A program made the position numbers and the translations under genes. The notes under the pieces are model-generated. The model saw nothing but the letters and a program-made list of their open reading frames with translations. It made no database searches and was not told the origin of the DNA. A DNA stretch of 63,997 bases, filler included, from Dirinaria sp. TL-2023a (lineage: Eukaryota): NCBI GenBank assembly GCA_051941275.1. It is 6 parts of 6 records of this genome, joined end to end, with 100 filler letters (N's around TTAATTAATTAA, not from the genome) between each part and the next. Parts side by side here need not be neighbours in the genome. Positions count along the whole stretch, not along the records: positions 21,520 to 32,139 come from JAVEBF010000918.1; positions 32,240 to 42,855 come from JAVEBF010000919.1; 4 more parts are not named here. One strand, written 5' to 3'. Below, piece after piece: positions 24,489-37,752 of the stretch. The first letter of the stretch is position 1, and each line of letters begins with the position of its first letter.

Positions 24489-26206
24489 TCAAAGCTTTGC
24501 TGCTGCACTATCGCTTATGCGTTTGCACACTGAAGCAACAGCCTTGTACGCAGCCGCGACAATCATCTCGAGCTCTTCCTCGGCGACATTGTATGGCGGC
24601 GAAACAATCACATGATCGCCCTTCCAGCCGTCTGCGGAACCTACGCCAGGGTACAACATGATGCCAGGCTCTTGACGCATACCTTCCTCATGAACTGCCA
24701 TAGCTGCTGTAAATGCAGGATCGAATGGCTCCTTGCTGGCTTTGGATGCCACTAACTCGAGCTTTGCAATGTCAGACCCACGTTCCCGAAAAGGTTAAAT
24801 TTGAGAAGATTACTACTTACGCCCCAAAAAAGTCCTCTCCCACGGATATCCCCAACATTGGGATGGTTCGAAAAGGCATTCCTGAGCTTCGATTCGAGGG
24901 CTTTCCCCATCTTTGCGACATTCACTACCAAGTCCTCTTGTTGAACGATGCGCTGGACCTCAAGCGCAGCTGCACAAACCATAGGATGAGCTTGGTAAGT
25001 CTGGCCGTGAGTATACTGTCTGTAGGATGATGAGTATGTTGATAAAAAAGGCCATTGGAGAATGTAAAAGAAAATGCACTAACCCCGTTCCGGAATTCAG
25101 AGCATCGATAACTCGATGGCCGGCAAGGAAGCCTGCTATAGGCACGTAGCCGGCTCCAAGTCCTTTGCCAATTGTTTGAATATCAGGTACGACATCCTCT
25201 TGCTGCCAAGCGTGAGTAGTTCCAGTCCGTCCCATTCCACACATAACTTCGTCGAGGATCAGAAGAGCTCCGTACTTGTCACAAACAGCCTTCATGGCCT
25301 TCAAATAGCCAGGGACCGACGGAACACACCCAAGCGCCTGAACCAGATTATTAGTCAAACATAGACTCCTCGAATGACCGATAAAGGAACGGCTTGCTCA
25401 CAGCTCCGACCACAGGCTCTGCTACGAATGCACAGACTGTCTCCTGACCCACCCGCTGAAATTCGAGGTCTAATTCTTCAGCCAACCTAACAACGTATGT
25501 CTCAATGCTTTCATCGTCTTTGCGCCCTCGATAGACATTGCACGCCGAGACATGAGACACATTGGATCCAAGTATAGGCTCGTATATAGATCTTCGTCCC
25601 TTGTGTCCGCTGATGCTCAGCGCTCCTAGCGTGTTGCCGTGGTATGAGCCTTCTCGAGCTATGAATCGAATTCTTTGTGGCTGGGGCGGCGAGATCTCTA
25701 GAAAATACTGGCGAGCGAGCTTGACAGCTCCATCCATAGCTTCTGATCCTATGAAACTTATGAATTCCATTGTCACATCGGACCCTCAATAATATTCACA
25801 CTGGCTGCCTACCTGAATTCACGATGAACGATTTGGACATCAATCCCGAAGTCGATTCGACTAGCGTTCTTGCTAATTCTTCGCTAGAGGGACATGAGAA
25901 GAATAATGAGTGGCAATAATCCAGTTTCGTGATCTGGGCATAAATGGCGTTTCTGACCCGCTCATCGCCGTGACCGATGCATGAAACTGCGGCGCCACCT
26001 GTAGCGTCGATGATACGTTTCTTGTTGGACATCATCAGATATAGGCCCGAGGCTCCCACGACCTGGTCAATCTTCTTATGAAGATCGCGATGGAGGACTG
26101 CACTTGCCGTTGGCAGTGCTTCACGGACTTCGCCATCGGAGCTTTCAAGAACGGAATGCTGGAGAATGTTTGAAGGGCGGAGAGTCTGATCATACAAGTG
26201 GGACAT
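24489..26206 (-). CDS. Class-III PLP-dependent aminotransferase (omega-amino acid / BioA-like family), multi-exon
   Basis: DATGGAAVSCIGHG, SGSEAMDGAVKLARQY, SYHGNTLGAL, AFVAEPVVGA, DEVMCGMGRTG, IGKGLGAGY (PLP lysine), GDIRGRGLF and GDHVIVSPPY. Confidence 0.95.
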
Positions 26207-27137
26207 TGCTGCTTTCTTGCATGTATCAAAATAGAGACCGGGAAAGTCTTATCATATTCGGGCAACAGCCTAAGAGTTACTGTCCGTTCGCCCCAATTGG
26301 GTCGAAGAAGTCGAAGAAGGAGAATTGATATTGGGTTGCAAATGCGGTCTCTTGTCTCTCAAGCGGTGTAATACTTTATTGCCTCCAAAAGGTCAAAGAA
26401 GTACCTTTGGATTACGCAAAGCTGGACTGAAATTCTGAGTCATTGTATTAGCATCATGTGTGTTGATATTTAGTAACCAATTAAAGTGATCTTCATACCC
26501 GATAATTGATTGGGTACTCCGTAGCTGTTCCGGTGTTGTGCCCGAAGCATGCACCCCACTTTCACACTGCGAGGCCCCTGTACAGCTTAGGTAAAAATCA
26601 TACCTCCTCCAGGCCTTTGGAGAGAAAATGAAGTCCGGTCCCGAAATACTAAGAATTGACTGAAATGCTTATGGTGCGAAACTGTCAATCAAGGCCTTAT
26701 CCTTAGATGAGCCCTTCCTGCATTAGGATCGCTATGGGCATACCTAGCGTTAGAGATATTAAGTCAACATTGTCATTATGACTATTGAATAGACGAGGGA
26801 CATTTGGCCTATAGCTCTTAGCTCCACGCTTGTCGAATACAGCAGATTCCAGATCTTGAGAGCCAGGGCGTCGGTCAATTAGCGCGCAGCACGAAATGAG
26901 GCAGCATCGCCCGCGTGTTATTGTTATCATTACATCTTGAAATCTGTTCGGTTGGAATTTATTACTGTTGTTCGCCTGATGGAGTCTGCTCCAAGGGGCT
27001 GTCGAGGCTGTCCATGTTACTCTCTTGGGATTACGTCATATGATAGATCAGTCAGCTTCGAGGCAGTAGTACTAGTTTGGTCCTCGAAAAGTGCATGTCA
27101 GTAACATCAATCAGGCCTCGATGCGCGAACGCCATCA

Positions 27138-28375
27138 ATGGCGTCAAGACTACTTTTGCGGCAGTTCAAAAGTATAGACCGTGCATCTACTGCTAACCAC
27201 TCCCAGCCCAGTCGTCGAGCCATTTCTACGTACGGATACACCCAAGCCAAATCTCTCATCTACTCCAAACATGGGGCCATCCCCGACGTACTGAGGTATG
27301 CTCAAAGGACCCGGTGTTTGCAATCACTCCGTCTTACTGATGATTAGTTCCTAGCCTCCACACGCACTCAATCTCACCCCCGCATTCCACCCTTCTTACC
27401 CTACGCACCCTTGCCGCCCCTCACAACCCTGCCGACATCAACCAAATTCAAGGCACCTATCCTACCACTCCCGATTTCATAACCTCCCTAGGTACACCCA
27501 ATCCGGTTGCAGTACCTGGTAATGAAGGCTGCTTCGAAGTCTTGTCCGCCGGCTCGGCAGCCAAAAGTGTGAAAAGAGGCGACTGGGTGATACCGCGCGC
27601 GACCGGGCTTGGAACATGGCGGACACATCTGCAAATTGACGAGTCCAAGGTCGTCAGAGTCGAAAAGGAAGGTCTGAAGAGTACGCAGGTCGCGACCGTG
27701 AGCGTCAACCCGGTGACGGCTTGGCGGATGTTGAAGGACTTTGTGCAACTCAAAGCGGGGGACTGGTTCATACAGAATGGGGCGAACAGCGGGGTGGGAA
27801 GGGCAGCAATACAGCTGGGAAAGATCTGGGGACTGAGAAATATTGCGATTGTAAGAGCAAGGCCTGGCGAAGAGGGAGAGCGTTTGAAAGGGGAACTGGA
27901 GGCGCTAGGTGCTACAAGGGTTGTTACAGACGCGCAGGTCGCCGAGAAAGACTTTAAAGATCAAGTTAAGGAATGGACCAGCGGAGGCGGGGAGAAGGTT
28001 CCACTAGGGCTAAATTGCGTCGGTGGGGACGCCGCGATGGCAATGGCGAAGGTGTTGAGCGCCAGTGGCCATCTTGTCACGTATGGTGCAATGAGCAAGA
28101 GTCCAATGAGAGTAGGGGCCAGCATGTTGATCTTTAAGGATCTAAGATTCAATGGGTTCTGGGTCAGTAAATGGGCAGATGCAAATCCTGAAGAGAAACT
28201 GAAGACGGTAGAAGAGGTCTTGCAGCTGATAAGACAGGGAGATCTCAAGGATGTGCCGATGGTCGAAGTACCGTGGAATTGGGACACTAAGAAGGAAGCA
28301 CTGGTGGAAGCGGTCCAGAACACCTTGGAAGGTTACCGGAAAGGCAAGGGTATATTTATATTTGAAGACACTTGA
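27138..28375 (+). CDS. ETR1: Mitochondrial trans-2-enoyl-CoA/ACP reductase (MDR family)
   Basis: Arg/Ser-rich targeting peptide, NPADINQIQGTYP, VPGNEG, GLGTWRT, VSVNPVTAWRML, IQNGANSGVGRAAIQLG, LNCVGG and VTYGAMSK. Confidence 0.95.
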
Positions 28376-29374
28376 GATGCCGAATATACCTTTTCGAAAA
28401 CCTTCACAGATGTGCAACTATTTAATTGCGAAGCCTGTGGTAATCATGAAGGGACCCTGTGATATATTAGTGCTGACTCAGACTGTTTACTGACTTGGTC
28501 GGCAGATTTTACTACGACTTTAGAACTATTATGAAATTCAAAGTGAGTTGAACATACTGTATGTTTTTAGGGGTTTGATATAGCCTCTTAAAAGAAGCAT
28601 ACTTGGTACAGGTGATTCTCGGGATGACCTTTGATATGGAAGAGATTGCAGGTTGTCATGGGTGAAGGCCAGGAAAGAGAGTGCTCGATGAGAGCTCAAT
28701 ATTGCCCTACATTATTTAATGACTTGTCTTTGAGTATTATTGAGCGGCGATCCAATAATGCTGTTATATTTTCAGGAGCTCTACACGTAAGGCATGCTCG
28801 CCGAAATGTCCAGTCGGGGTTAGGTCAGGAGCAGGAAGGCTCCTGCTGAAAGGGCAGGGCTTCTAAGATATGTACCGAGTACAGCCTGATCACGCTCTTG
28901 TCCGGCTGCCCGAGTACTGGCTAGGAGTCCCTGTGGCCGTCGCATTAGTCCTGATGACACTCTGGGCGGTCATTGGTTACAGATCGTACCCAATGTGTCT
29001 TCCGCCTCCGATAAAGGAGTGCTACCTACATGATGCTGACATTGCATACGCCCACTTCCATTTCACCCGAACCCGATTGGTGCTTGGTTTATACAATATA
29101 TAGTCAACGGGAACTAAGAGCATTATGAGCTGGTACGTGACCACCTCCGCGTCGTGGCAGTTTGATCCTTCGATCCTCCGATGACGACAATGATCGACAA
29201 GTCGTGAATTTGAGATTAGTAATAACACTTTGTAATCTGTTGAACCTCCTGCGGTTTGGCTCTAAGAGCATTGGTTACATGTACATAGTGATGAGCGATG
29301 TTTCCATCATTTCTACAGTATTCAATGCATTCCGAACCATGACCTAAACCTTGGTATAACTATTACTTTCCAAG

Positions 29375-30862
29375 ATGGACATCGAATTACGGGAATCGAA
29401 TGCCGTTGTTCACAGGCCGTCGCAGCGGAGCTCGGAGGAGCGAAGAGCTCCACCGGAAGCTCCAGAAGCACCGCCAAACGGAGGATGGCATGCTTGGCTA
29501 CAGGTGTTTTCCGCATCATTCTTGGTCTTCAACTCATGGTACGTCCTCGACCTCGATGTCCGGATCCCCGCTCACAGCAACTATCCAGGGGCATCGTCAA
29601 CGCTTTTGGAGCTTATCAGGCTTATTATCAGTCCGACTTACTATCGAACTTTTCTAGCTTCGCCATCTCCTGGATCGGGACTGTTCAGGCCTTCCTTCTC
29701 ATCTTAGTAGGCGTGATTACAGGACCGGTCTACGATCGAGGCTATTGTCGCCTGCTGATTGCTTCTGGGGCGTTTTTTATTTTTCTAGGCCTGCTCATGA
29801 CGAGCTTTGCGACCGAGTATCCGCAAATACTCCTCGCGCAAGGCATCTTGGTTGGACTTGGGTTAGGCTGCCTCTATGTCCCTGGTGTAGCAATTGTGGC
29901 TTCCTATTTCAGCACCAGGCGCGCGGTAGCGGTAGGCTTGGCGTCGGCCGGAGGAAGTGTCAGTGAGTGAAATCGCTCCTTCATGGTATTAGATTCGGGC
30001 TTAAGGACACCTAGGTGGTGTAATATATGTCATCGCGTTTCGCCGTCTGCAACCACGGATCGGATTCGGTTGGGCAACGCGCATTATTGCTTTCATCGCT
30101 CTTACTACCCTGTTGGCGAACCTAGTGATGACGAAAACACGGACCAAGCCAGGCCCAGCGAGAACTCTCCTGGACCTCAAGGCGTTCAAAAGCGCTCGCT
30201 ACACTCTGTTCACAGCAGGTGCAACCGTGGCTCTCATTGGGCTTTACTTCCCTTACTTCTACATCCCCATCTACAGTGAGCGCATCGTGGGAACGTCAGC
30301 AGATTTTGCATTCTACCTCCTTGCCGTCCTCAACGCAGCCTCTATCTTCGGGCGTATCGTGCCTAATTTCCTGGCTGACCGGATCGGTCCGCTGAACGTG
30401 CTGATACCTTGTACATTCATCATCTCAGGGCTGATCTACGCTTGGATCGGCATAAAGAATACCGGTGGGATTGTAGCGTTCACCATCTTTTATGGATTTT
30501 TCTCCGGCTCGTTTCTTTCGCTGATGCCAACCGTCGTGGCATCATTATCACCGGATCCTCGTTCGTACGGGACACGAATGGGGATGAGTTTCGGGATCGG
30601 GAGCTTCGGCGTCTTGATCGGCAACCCTATCGCTGGAAAGATTTTAAACGTCAGTGAAGGCAAATTCGCCGGGGCACAGTATTTCGCTGCCAGCACAACG
30701 CTTGCGGGGGCGGTGCTCTTTCTGATGGCTCGTCTTTCTATGGTAGGGAAGATTGGACATAAAGTCCAGCTCTCGAAAATTGGGCCCAGGAGATGGTATC
30801 GTCTTGAGGAACGTCGGCATGCAGGTGGAGTTTTGCGGAATTACTCGGTGAGACCAGAGTAG
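29375..30862 (+). CDS. MFS transporter, monocarboxylate-transporter-homologue (MCH) family, 3 exons
   Basis: PPNGGWHAWLQV, FNSWGIVNAFGAYQ, ISWIGTVQAFL, GPVYDRG, SYFSTRRAVAVGLASAGGS, NAASIFGRIVPNFLADRIGPLN and GTRMGM. Confidence 0.93.
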
Positions 30863-31739
30863 TACACTCCATTCTGAGATTTGATAGCCAGTGTTCATAG
30901 GGGAGAAACAACTTTCAGCTATTGTGCATGAGCCTGGTTTTTGTACTTGAGTCTCGAGAGGTTGTTGGCTTTTGCGTAAGTTGATTGAGCTCGTTAATCG
31001 CCCGAGAAGGTGCTTTTTATCTTCGAAACCAGCTCTTCTCCTGCTCGGTATTCTCTGTAAACAATATCATCGCTGAGCTTTTTCTTCCCCTTTTTTGCAA
31101 GGCATTGTCCATGTCTATCCTTTGCGCAGGCGTACAGCATAAGCGCTGAGAAGCGAAAAAGAAGCGTGAGTCTCATGCATGTCTTCCTCGATACACGGCC
31201 TCTGCTTCACAAAAGATTTACTCTTCAAAGCCTTTGACATTCCCCTAGCCACTAGCCACTAATAGCAAGCAAATCGATGATGACTTCAGGGTTTTGATAA
31301 TGATCATGCTTCGGCAGTGTGCGGATTCGACTGCTTGCAATTCATTGCAGCTAGGCTTGTTTTATGGCTTGGAGCGCGTTGATCGGTTGGATTAGAGTCA
31401 GTAAGTGCTAGTAAAAGCACTCATCTATTACAATGAATGTTAGCGAGCTAGGAGTGCGTCGGCATATCGAATCTGAACGCTATCATATGGGCGAGGGGGG
31501 CATTTGATACGTTTGACAATGATGCGATGATACATCAGCTCAAAAGCGCATCACATGCTTGCCAGTGTGTTATGTGTTTGCTCAGTCCCCTGTATTCAAG
31601 ACAAATTAGTTTACAAAACCTTGAAACACGTTGGTTACCTAGGAAGCTACATGCCGGTAATTTTCTTCTTCATCTAACCTCATTCCCTCACATTTACAAT
31701 AACCCGCCATGTCCCTCCACTCCATCCCACCAAAACCCC

Positions 31740-32085
31740 CTAACAACCACCACAGAGACAAACACAAGGGTTATTAGGATCGCATTGCCGCTTCATGTAC
31801 TCCGGAACCGCGTCCTAAATTTTCCATATAAAAAAATTCGCATCAGTCCTAGCGACACCCCCGACGAATTGCACCAACGTGGCACATGTTGGTTATGTTG
31901 ATGAGAAACAAGAAGGGAGAACTTACACCCTCGATACCGAGATCTCGCTTCAACTTGTAGCACCCGTCGCGATCGAGCAGGGCGAATTTTTCGGGCCAGG
32001 AGAGGTCGGAGGTGCGGACTTCGAGGGGGGTGGCGAGGATAAAGGGGGAGCAGAGGGTGAGGAGAATGGTTGTGGTTGTGAGTGG

Positions 32086-32091
<6 letters not shown>
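31740..32091 (-). CDS. 79-aa secreted prepropeptide with KR sites and a C-terminal Cys-rich peptide QCDPNNPCVCLCGGC, 2 exons
   Basis: Exon 1 is 32091-31927 (55 codons, signal peptide). The phase-0 intron runs GTAAGT...CTGAT...TTTAG (31926-31815). Exon 2 is 31814-31740, DAVPEYMKRQCDPNNPCVCLCGGC*. Confidence 0.7.
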
Positions 32092-32139
<48 letters not shown>

Positions 32140-32239
32140 NNNNNNNNNNNNNNNNNNNNNNNNNNNNNNNNNNNNNNNNNNNNTTAATTAATTAANNNNN
32201 NNNNNNNNNNNNNNNNNNNNNNNNNNNNNNNNNNNNNNN
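32140..32239. other. Artificial contig linker
   Basis: N44-TTAATTAATTAA-N44, preceded by a long poly-T contig end. Confidence 0.99.
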
Positions 32240-32949
32240 AGGCGACCTTTTCGGATCTGAGGGATTGGTTGTTAGTACATGCGCGGGAGAGAAGGGGGGA
32301 GAGAGAGAGAAAAGAGAATCCTACATACCTCTTCTAGATCTGCGTCTGACATTTTTTTTTGTGAGAGGATTCGGGGACTGATAGTGGGGATGTTGCAGCG
32401 AGTTCGGGATATGTTCGGGTTACCTAGGGTAGGTAGGTACCTTACGGTTGATAAAAAGTTGCAGGTCTACCTTAGGTACCTTAAGGTACCTATAGATATT
32501 TTAGGGCAAGGCTAGGATTTTTGGTGTTATGGGAGTTTTTGCAGGTACTCAGCCCGTGAAATTTTTTTTTTCTTTTTTTACAAACGTAGCTGGCTACTGT
32601 AGCTAGATGCGTGAGTTGCTTGGATTTGAAAAACTTCAGGAAGCTCATATGATAGATTTTATTGTAGATATAGTATCTACCTTAGTTGATATATCGACCC
32701 TAACCACACTTTCAACGAAACTCTTTTCTCACAAGCTATTAAGCTTACCAGGCGTAATCCAAGGTATATATATAATATATTTCCACGGCAAAGCCGAGTC
32801 AGAAGCAAATTGTTATCAAAGCCCATACATCCCATACGCCCTTTTTTGAACGCCAATAGTTGACAGCCATTACTCCGCGCTTGGCCTTCATGTTTTAGAT
32901 CCTATCCCAACGTTTGAAACATGTCCCTATGCTGATCCATCACTCTTTA

Positions 32950-35142
32950 TCATACCATGCTGCTTGACGTCTTCATCCGTCTGTGCATCATCCTTCGCAG
33001 ACGGTGCCGATAAGCACCCACCACGACAAGCAGCACGATCAGGAGCGCGACGCTTCCACAGACTTTCCAAAAGTAATTTTCCGTAAGCGTCGTGTTCGCA
33101 ATGCCAGTGAGGTTCATGCCGTAGTAGCTGGTAAAGAAACTCAGCGGCAAGAATATGATCGTGACGCCGGTGAAGACTATGATGGCCTTGTTCTGAGAAT
33201 CCGAAACAATGGCCAGTTCATTCTGTTCGATGGAACGCAGCTGGAAGAGAGCATTCATGGAACTCTTGGCGTCAATCAAGATCTTTTCCATGCACTCGTG
33301 CTGGCTTTTGACGTTACTGAGTGCAAAATTGATCCGATCTGAAGCCGTTTCTCCATCCGGATTGTCAGGCTTCCGGCAAAGCTTAAGATCCTCCATTTCA
33401 AATTTCTTCATATCAGTGAGCAGTGCCTGGAAAAGATTGACCTTGCTCTGCAAAATAACTCTTATGGTGGTCAACTCGTCCACACAGTTAAGATAATCGC
33501 GAACCAGCTTCACCGTTTCGTTACGTACCCAAGGCTCGAACCGTCTACGTTTCTGTACGCATAGCTCTTTTAGCCAACGACGCTTTTCTTAACTTCATGA
33601 AATCCAAATCACTCACCAAGTCTTGCACAACCACGGAGTACGCGTTCTCCATCGGAGGAGCGTTGAAGCCTTGGCGAATTGAGTGAGGCGTACAGCCCAC
33701 TTCGGTCAGAAGATAGACTAGGAACCATTCAGTGGTCCTCCGGTGCCATGTCCTGGTTCCCTTTTCAGCGAAAGCCTGGAACACGTGGCCGACTGCCGAT
33801 GCATCGTCGTTATCGAACATGGCATCAAGTGGCTCAGAAAGATATTGGGACAGATTCTTGTCCAAATAATTTACTCCGGCCATGGGCGAAAGCGTCAGCA
33901 GAAAGCCGTCCCCCCGGTGGAACGTGCGGAATGGGTTCCTCACGAGCTGCGACTTCGCATAGAAAGGATGTGATGAAAGTAGCTGCCTCTCAATGTGACG
34001 GCCAATCGGTTTCAGACCTTCCATGGGGCCTTGACTGCCCAATGTCATACCTTCAGATAGCTGCCAAGGCATATCCGAAGCCGCCATAGTCCAGTAATTT
34101 GCTGATACGCCAAGATGTCCTGCTCGCCAGGTCACATCACTTTGAAAGCTGTCTCCAGATCAGCATAAGAAAGTCTACAAGGGAAGGTTGCGCCCAACCT
34201 CGAATTTTTGTCGCCATCCCAGATGTGCTCCTCAAGCTGCTCGTCGAGGCCGTCCAGATCTTTGAGAAGCAAATACACGTCGCGCATCTCCTGCACATTA
34301 TCCTGACCCCTGAAATTGAGAATTTCGGTTTCCGGGTAAGGCCAGCCAGCTCTGCCCGTGGTCTCAAACCGTCTACCCTTTTCACCATCGTGCAAAAAAA
34401 TGTCCTCGATAGATGAATGAGCAAGCCCGATACCCAATGGAGCGTGAATCCATCGAACGTCCACCCAGTCAGGTTTCGCTTGCCAGTACTCTTCCACCTC
34501 ACCAAGTGTGATCTCCGTGTGTTCAGCACGACCAAGGCCAAAATCACAAACGTGCACCTTCAATTGCCCCCTAGGAGGGTAATAGTGCTTAGCCAAAGCG
34601 ATCAGCTCCTGGTAGGAGGGAAGAGGTTGTTGCTTATGTTCGTCGAATAGAAGCCCTTTGATCCGATCCTTTAGAGGCATCGACCGTGTATCGGCCCACC
34701 GCCTCAGCCGCTCATACACATGTCTATGCCCCTGATTTTGGGCTCCGTACCGGGCCAACTGCTCGCGCCTGCGCCTTTCCTGCTCGGGTTTGCGCGAGGC
34801 TACCTTCTCGAAGTTGGTCAAGACATCCTGAGAACTCACGACCGTTTCCTCCGAGGCCAATCGTGGGTCTGCCGGCCTTTCGGGCATATCGAAAGACATT
34901 GACCTGTGTTCTCTCTGCTCTTGGACCGTCGCTAACGCCGCTGAAGCTGAGGATACGGACGGCCTTGATCGCCTGCCAGCCGAACCTCTGGCCTCTGCAC
35001 TGTTACCCGTTGATTGAGACGACGAGCTAGCTGATGACGAGTGCCTTCGCTCATCGCTGGATCCGTATGGAGAGGAGGATCGCCTTATATCCTCCGACAG
35101 TTCCCATGCCTGCTGCTCCTCCTCTTGCACCCGCCTTGCCAT
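32950..35142 (-). CDS. Fungal CorA-like (2-TM-GMN) domain protein, 3 exons
   Basis: C-terminal NKAIIVFTGVTIIFLPLSFFTSYYGMN plus a second TM helix. N-terminal WVDVRWIHAPLG. The frame changes are explained by introns near 34150-34198 and 33555-33617. Confidence 0.85.
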
Positions 35143-35459
35143 CTTTTTTGGCGGAATTCACCCCAACTGCACAATCAGGAAACACGTCCTGAGGAATGGT
35201 TAGAAATACGGTCAGAAGATGGCACTGGAGAAGGGCGGAGAAGGGCAGAAAATGGTTAATAATGAGTAGTACAAGAAGAGCTGGAGGAAAGCCGCCGAAA
35301 AGGTGGGCGCGGTCGAAGCCTCGCGGCCATCGCGGCAAGCCTGGAAGCATTGCAGAGAGGGAGATCTCTGCTAGAATGGGAGTGTAGGCCCCTTTGGCTT
35401 GGGGGCGCAGAGCTGCAATTGGTGGATTTGGACACACCTCGCTTCGGGTCGAGGCTGGA

Positions 35460-35502
35460 CCTTGGCTGGCCTTGGCTGGCCTTGGCTGGCCTTGGTTGGC
35501 CT
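35460..35502 (+). repeat. Tandem repeat (CCTTGGCTGG) x ~4
   Basis: Directly visible between the divergent CorA-like and acidic-protein genes. Confidence 0.85.
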
Positions 35503-35858
35503 ACGCACTTGTTCCGTACGGTCGTACCTTACTTTTTAGCATTGATTGATAGTCGGCTCGGGGATACTTTATTCCTTAGCTGGAGATACAGCGCGTCTTT
35601 CTACACATGCTCAGTAGTCGATGTCAGGCACATCTCTTACCCATACTTGGGCTTGCGCGTCACAAGGTATGCTATTAGCATAAGTCAGCAATGCACAGGC
35701 TGCTGCGATCGTCTTGTGTATGTAATAGCCCTTTATCATCAACTTCGTCGGCTGTCGATCGTCTCGCGAGTCTCATATCAACGGTCTGATATCAAAAACG
35801 ACCGCTACATTGCGCCCACTCGCTGAACTGACGCGCTTCCTACTATCAATCTCGCGCT

Positions 35859-37643
35859 ATGGCGCCAGTAAGTCTCTTCTAACTGCTCTCACATGGGTTG
35901 AAGAACACCATTTTTTGCCGCTTACACATGGTTTCCTTGTTGAATACCCCTAAACCTCATGCCTTGTCTGTTACGCTCATTTGGCTCGTGCTCAAATGGT
36001 TTCCGAATTACCACATCACCATGGCTATGGACCTACCACAATGTGATGGCTGTCGCCTTGTTGGATTTGCTAACTGCGCTCAGTATCGAGCGAGTAGAAC
36101 TGGCGGCCGGTCGAATCGCGATCAGATCGACCACGATGTGTTCTCGGGTACTACTCAGCCCTCCTCTTACTTGTTCGATTCTGACTGACAATGCAAAGGC
36201 CTGCCAGTAAGGCACTGGCGCAAACAGCAAGTGACAGTGAATACTGCACCACCAAGGGATCCGGCAAACGTCACCAATGCAACCAACAATGGCTGGCCAG
36301 AGCGACCAATGCCTAAAGACGCGCATCTGCTAACGCCTTGGAACCAGGCGCTACTGAGAGCTGCTCGGGCAGGCAAGGTACTGCAACCGCTCACAGGACC
36401 AGCAGAGGAGGATAAAGAGACGGGCGAAGATGACGAGGCCGAAGGTTACACACAGACTGGGTTTACTGTTACTAAATGGGTTTTGGTGCCGAAGCACCTG
36501 GAGGGGCCCGAACGCGAGTTCCTCGCGGAGAGGAGAAAGGGACTACCATCACTCTATGGCGGTGCTTCCGCACAAACTCAAGGTTCAGGTCAGATGAGGA
36601 AGACCAAGATTCGTAAGACTGACGCCGACGGCACTGATCATGTCCTTGAAGCTCTGGTGCCAGAAGGTCAAGCTGTAGAGGGCGAGGTTTTAGAGCAGGA
36701 GACCTCATTGAGCGAGGCACCAGCTCCGGGTACAGTAGTGGAAGGAGTCGGTATTGTCAATGCGGAGGGCATTGTGGTCGCTGGAGACCAGGTGCAACCG
36801 ACTCCGCCCAGGAGGAGGCCACCTCCTCCAAAGAGAAAGGCCAAAGGTCCTGGAAGGGGCAGGAAGAAGAGGGTTGCTTTCGCGCCTGGTGCAGAGGGCA
36901 CTGAGATTACACAGGGTATCAATGGTGACACTACTGGGAACCAAATTGGACAGACGGAAAGAAACGTCAACGCCGATGGAGCTACCAATGATGGTGATGT
37001 CGAGATAGGAGAAGACTCAACGCTCCAGGATGGTGATGAAGGAAGCGAAGAGGAAGACGAGGGTGAAGATGGTGAAGAGGGCGACAGGGAGGACGGTGAG
37101 CTCTCACCCTCACCTACTTCGACCACCAAATCGCCTTCCAGAGAACCAATAGTGGTTGAGGATGCAAATCATCAAGCCCCTACTCCTTTGGCCCCTACCC
37201 CTACTCTCCCATCAACTGTCATGAAGGAGCCCTCCAGCTCACCTGATCTGCCGCTAGCGGCGGGTCAAGCTTTTCACGCGCAAGAGATTCCAGCCCAGCC
37301 GACGCAGACTCATGTCGAATTGCCAGAATCTCAAAACGAGCACTCACGGATCGATGCCGAGCCGCCGACTATATTGATTGAGCCGGCGCAGGAAACCACT
37401 CCTGCCTCGGTTCCAAAACTAGAAGAAATCCCTATCACGGACAAAGTAACAGTTGAAGACCCCCTCCAACCCATGAACGTGAACACAGAGGCTGAGATTC
37501 CGGTGGAACACAATCCCTTGGATGGATTGGCCGAGCCAAAAGCCCCGGTCACCACGGAACCGACAAATGATTCAGTACATGTCCCCGATGGCGAAGAAGA
37601 CCTATTGGGAAGTCTGGAACGCCATTTGGACAATCAAGGTTAA
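35859..37643 (+). CDS. Conserved Pezizomycotina hypothetical protein, acidic and Pro-rich, with a basic NLS-like tract
   Basis: Inferred micro first exon ATGGCGCCA|GTAAGT, then YRASRTGGRSNRDQIDHDVFSG|LPVRHWRK...WPERPMPKDAHLLTPWNQALLRAARAG, PPRRRPPPPKRKAKGPGRGRKKRV and a terminal EDLLGSLERHL. Confidence 0.75.
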
Positions 37644-37752
37644 TCAATCTATCAAGAGCAGCTCAAATATCACTCTCAGCAAATACATGAGAATCCACCG
37701 GCAGATTTTGAAAAGCACGCTTTCGACGTCGGTCTAGCAAATTATTGTCCTG

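Noticed and set aside
24489..30862. Aminotransferase + enoyl reductase + MFS transporter as a secondary-metabolite cluster
   Set aside because: The reductase is housekeeping mitochondrial ETR1, and there is no PKS, NRPS or other backbone enzyme on the contig.
32420..32495. AGGTA/TACCT-rich palindromic cluster (similar at ~53945-53976)
   Set aside because: Low-complexity intergenic motif with no spacer or array structure.
34132..34198. Apparent frameshift in the CorA-like gene
   Set aside because: Explained by a normal GT..GCTGAT..CAG intron.
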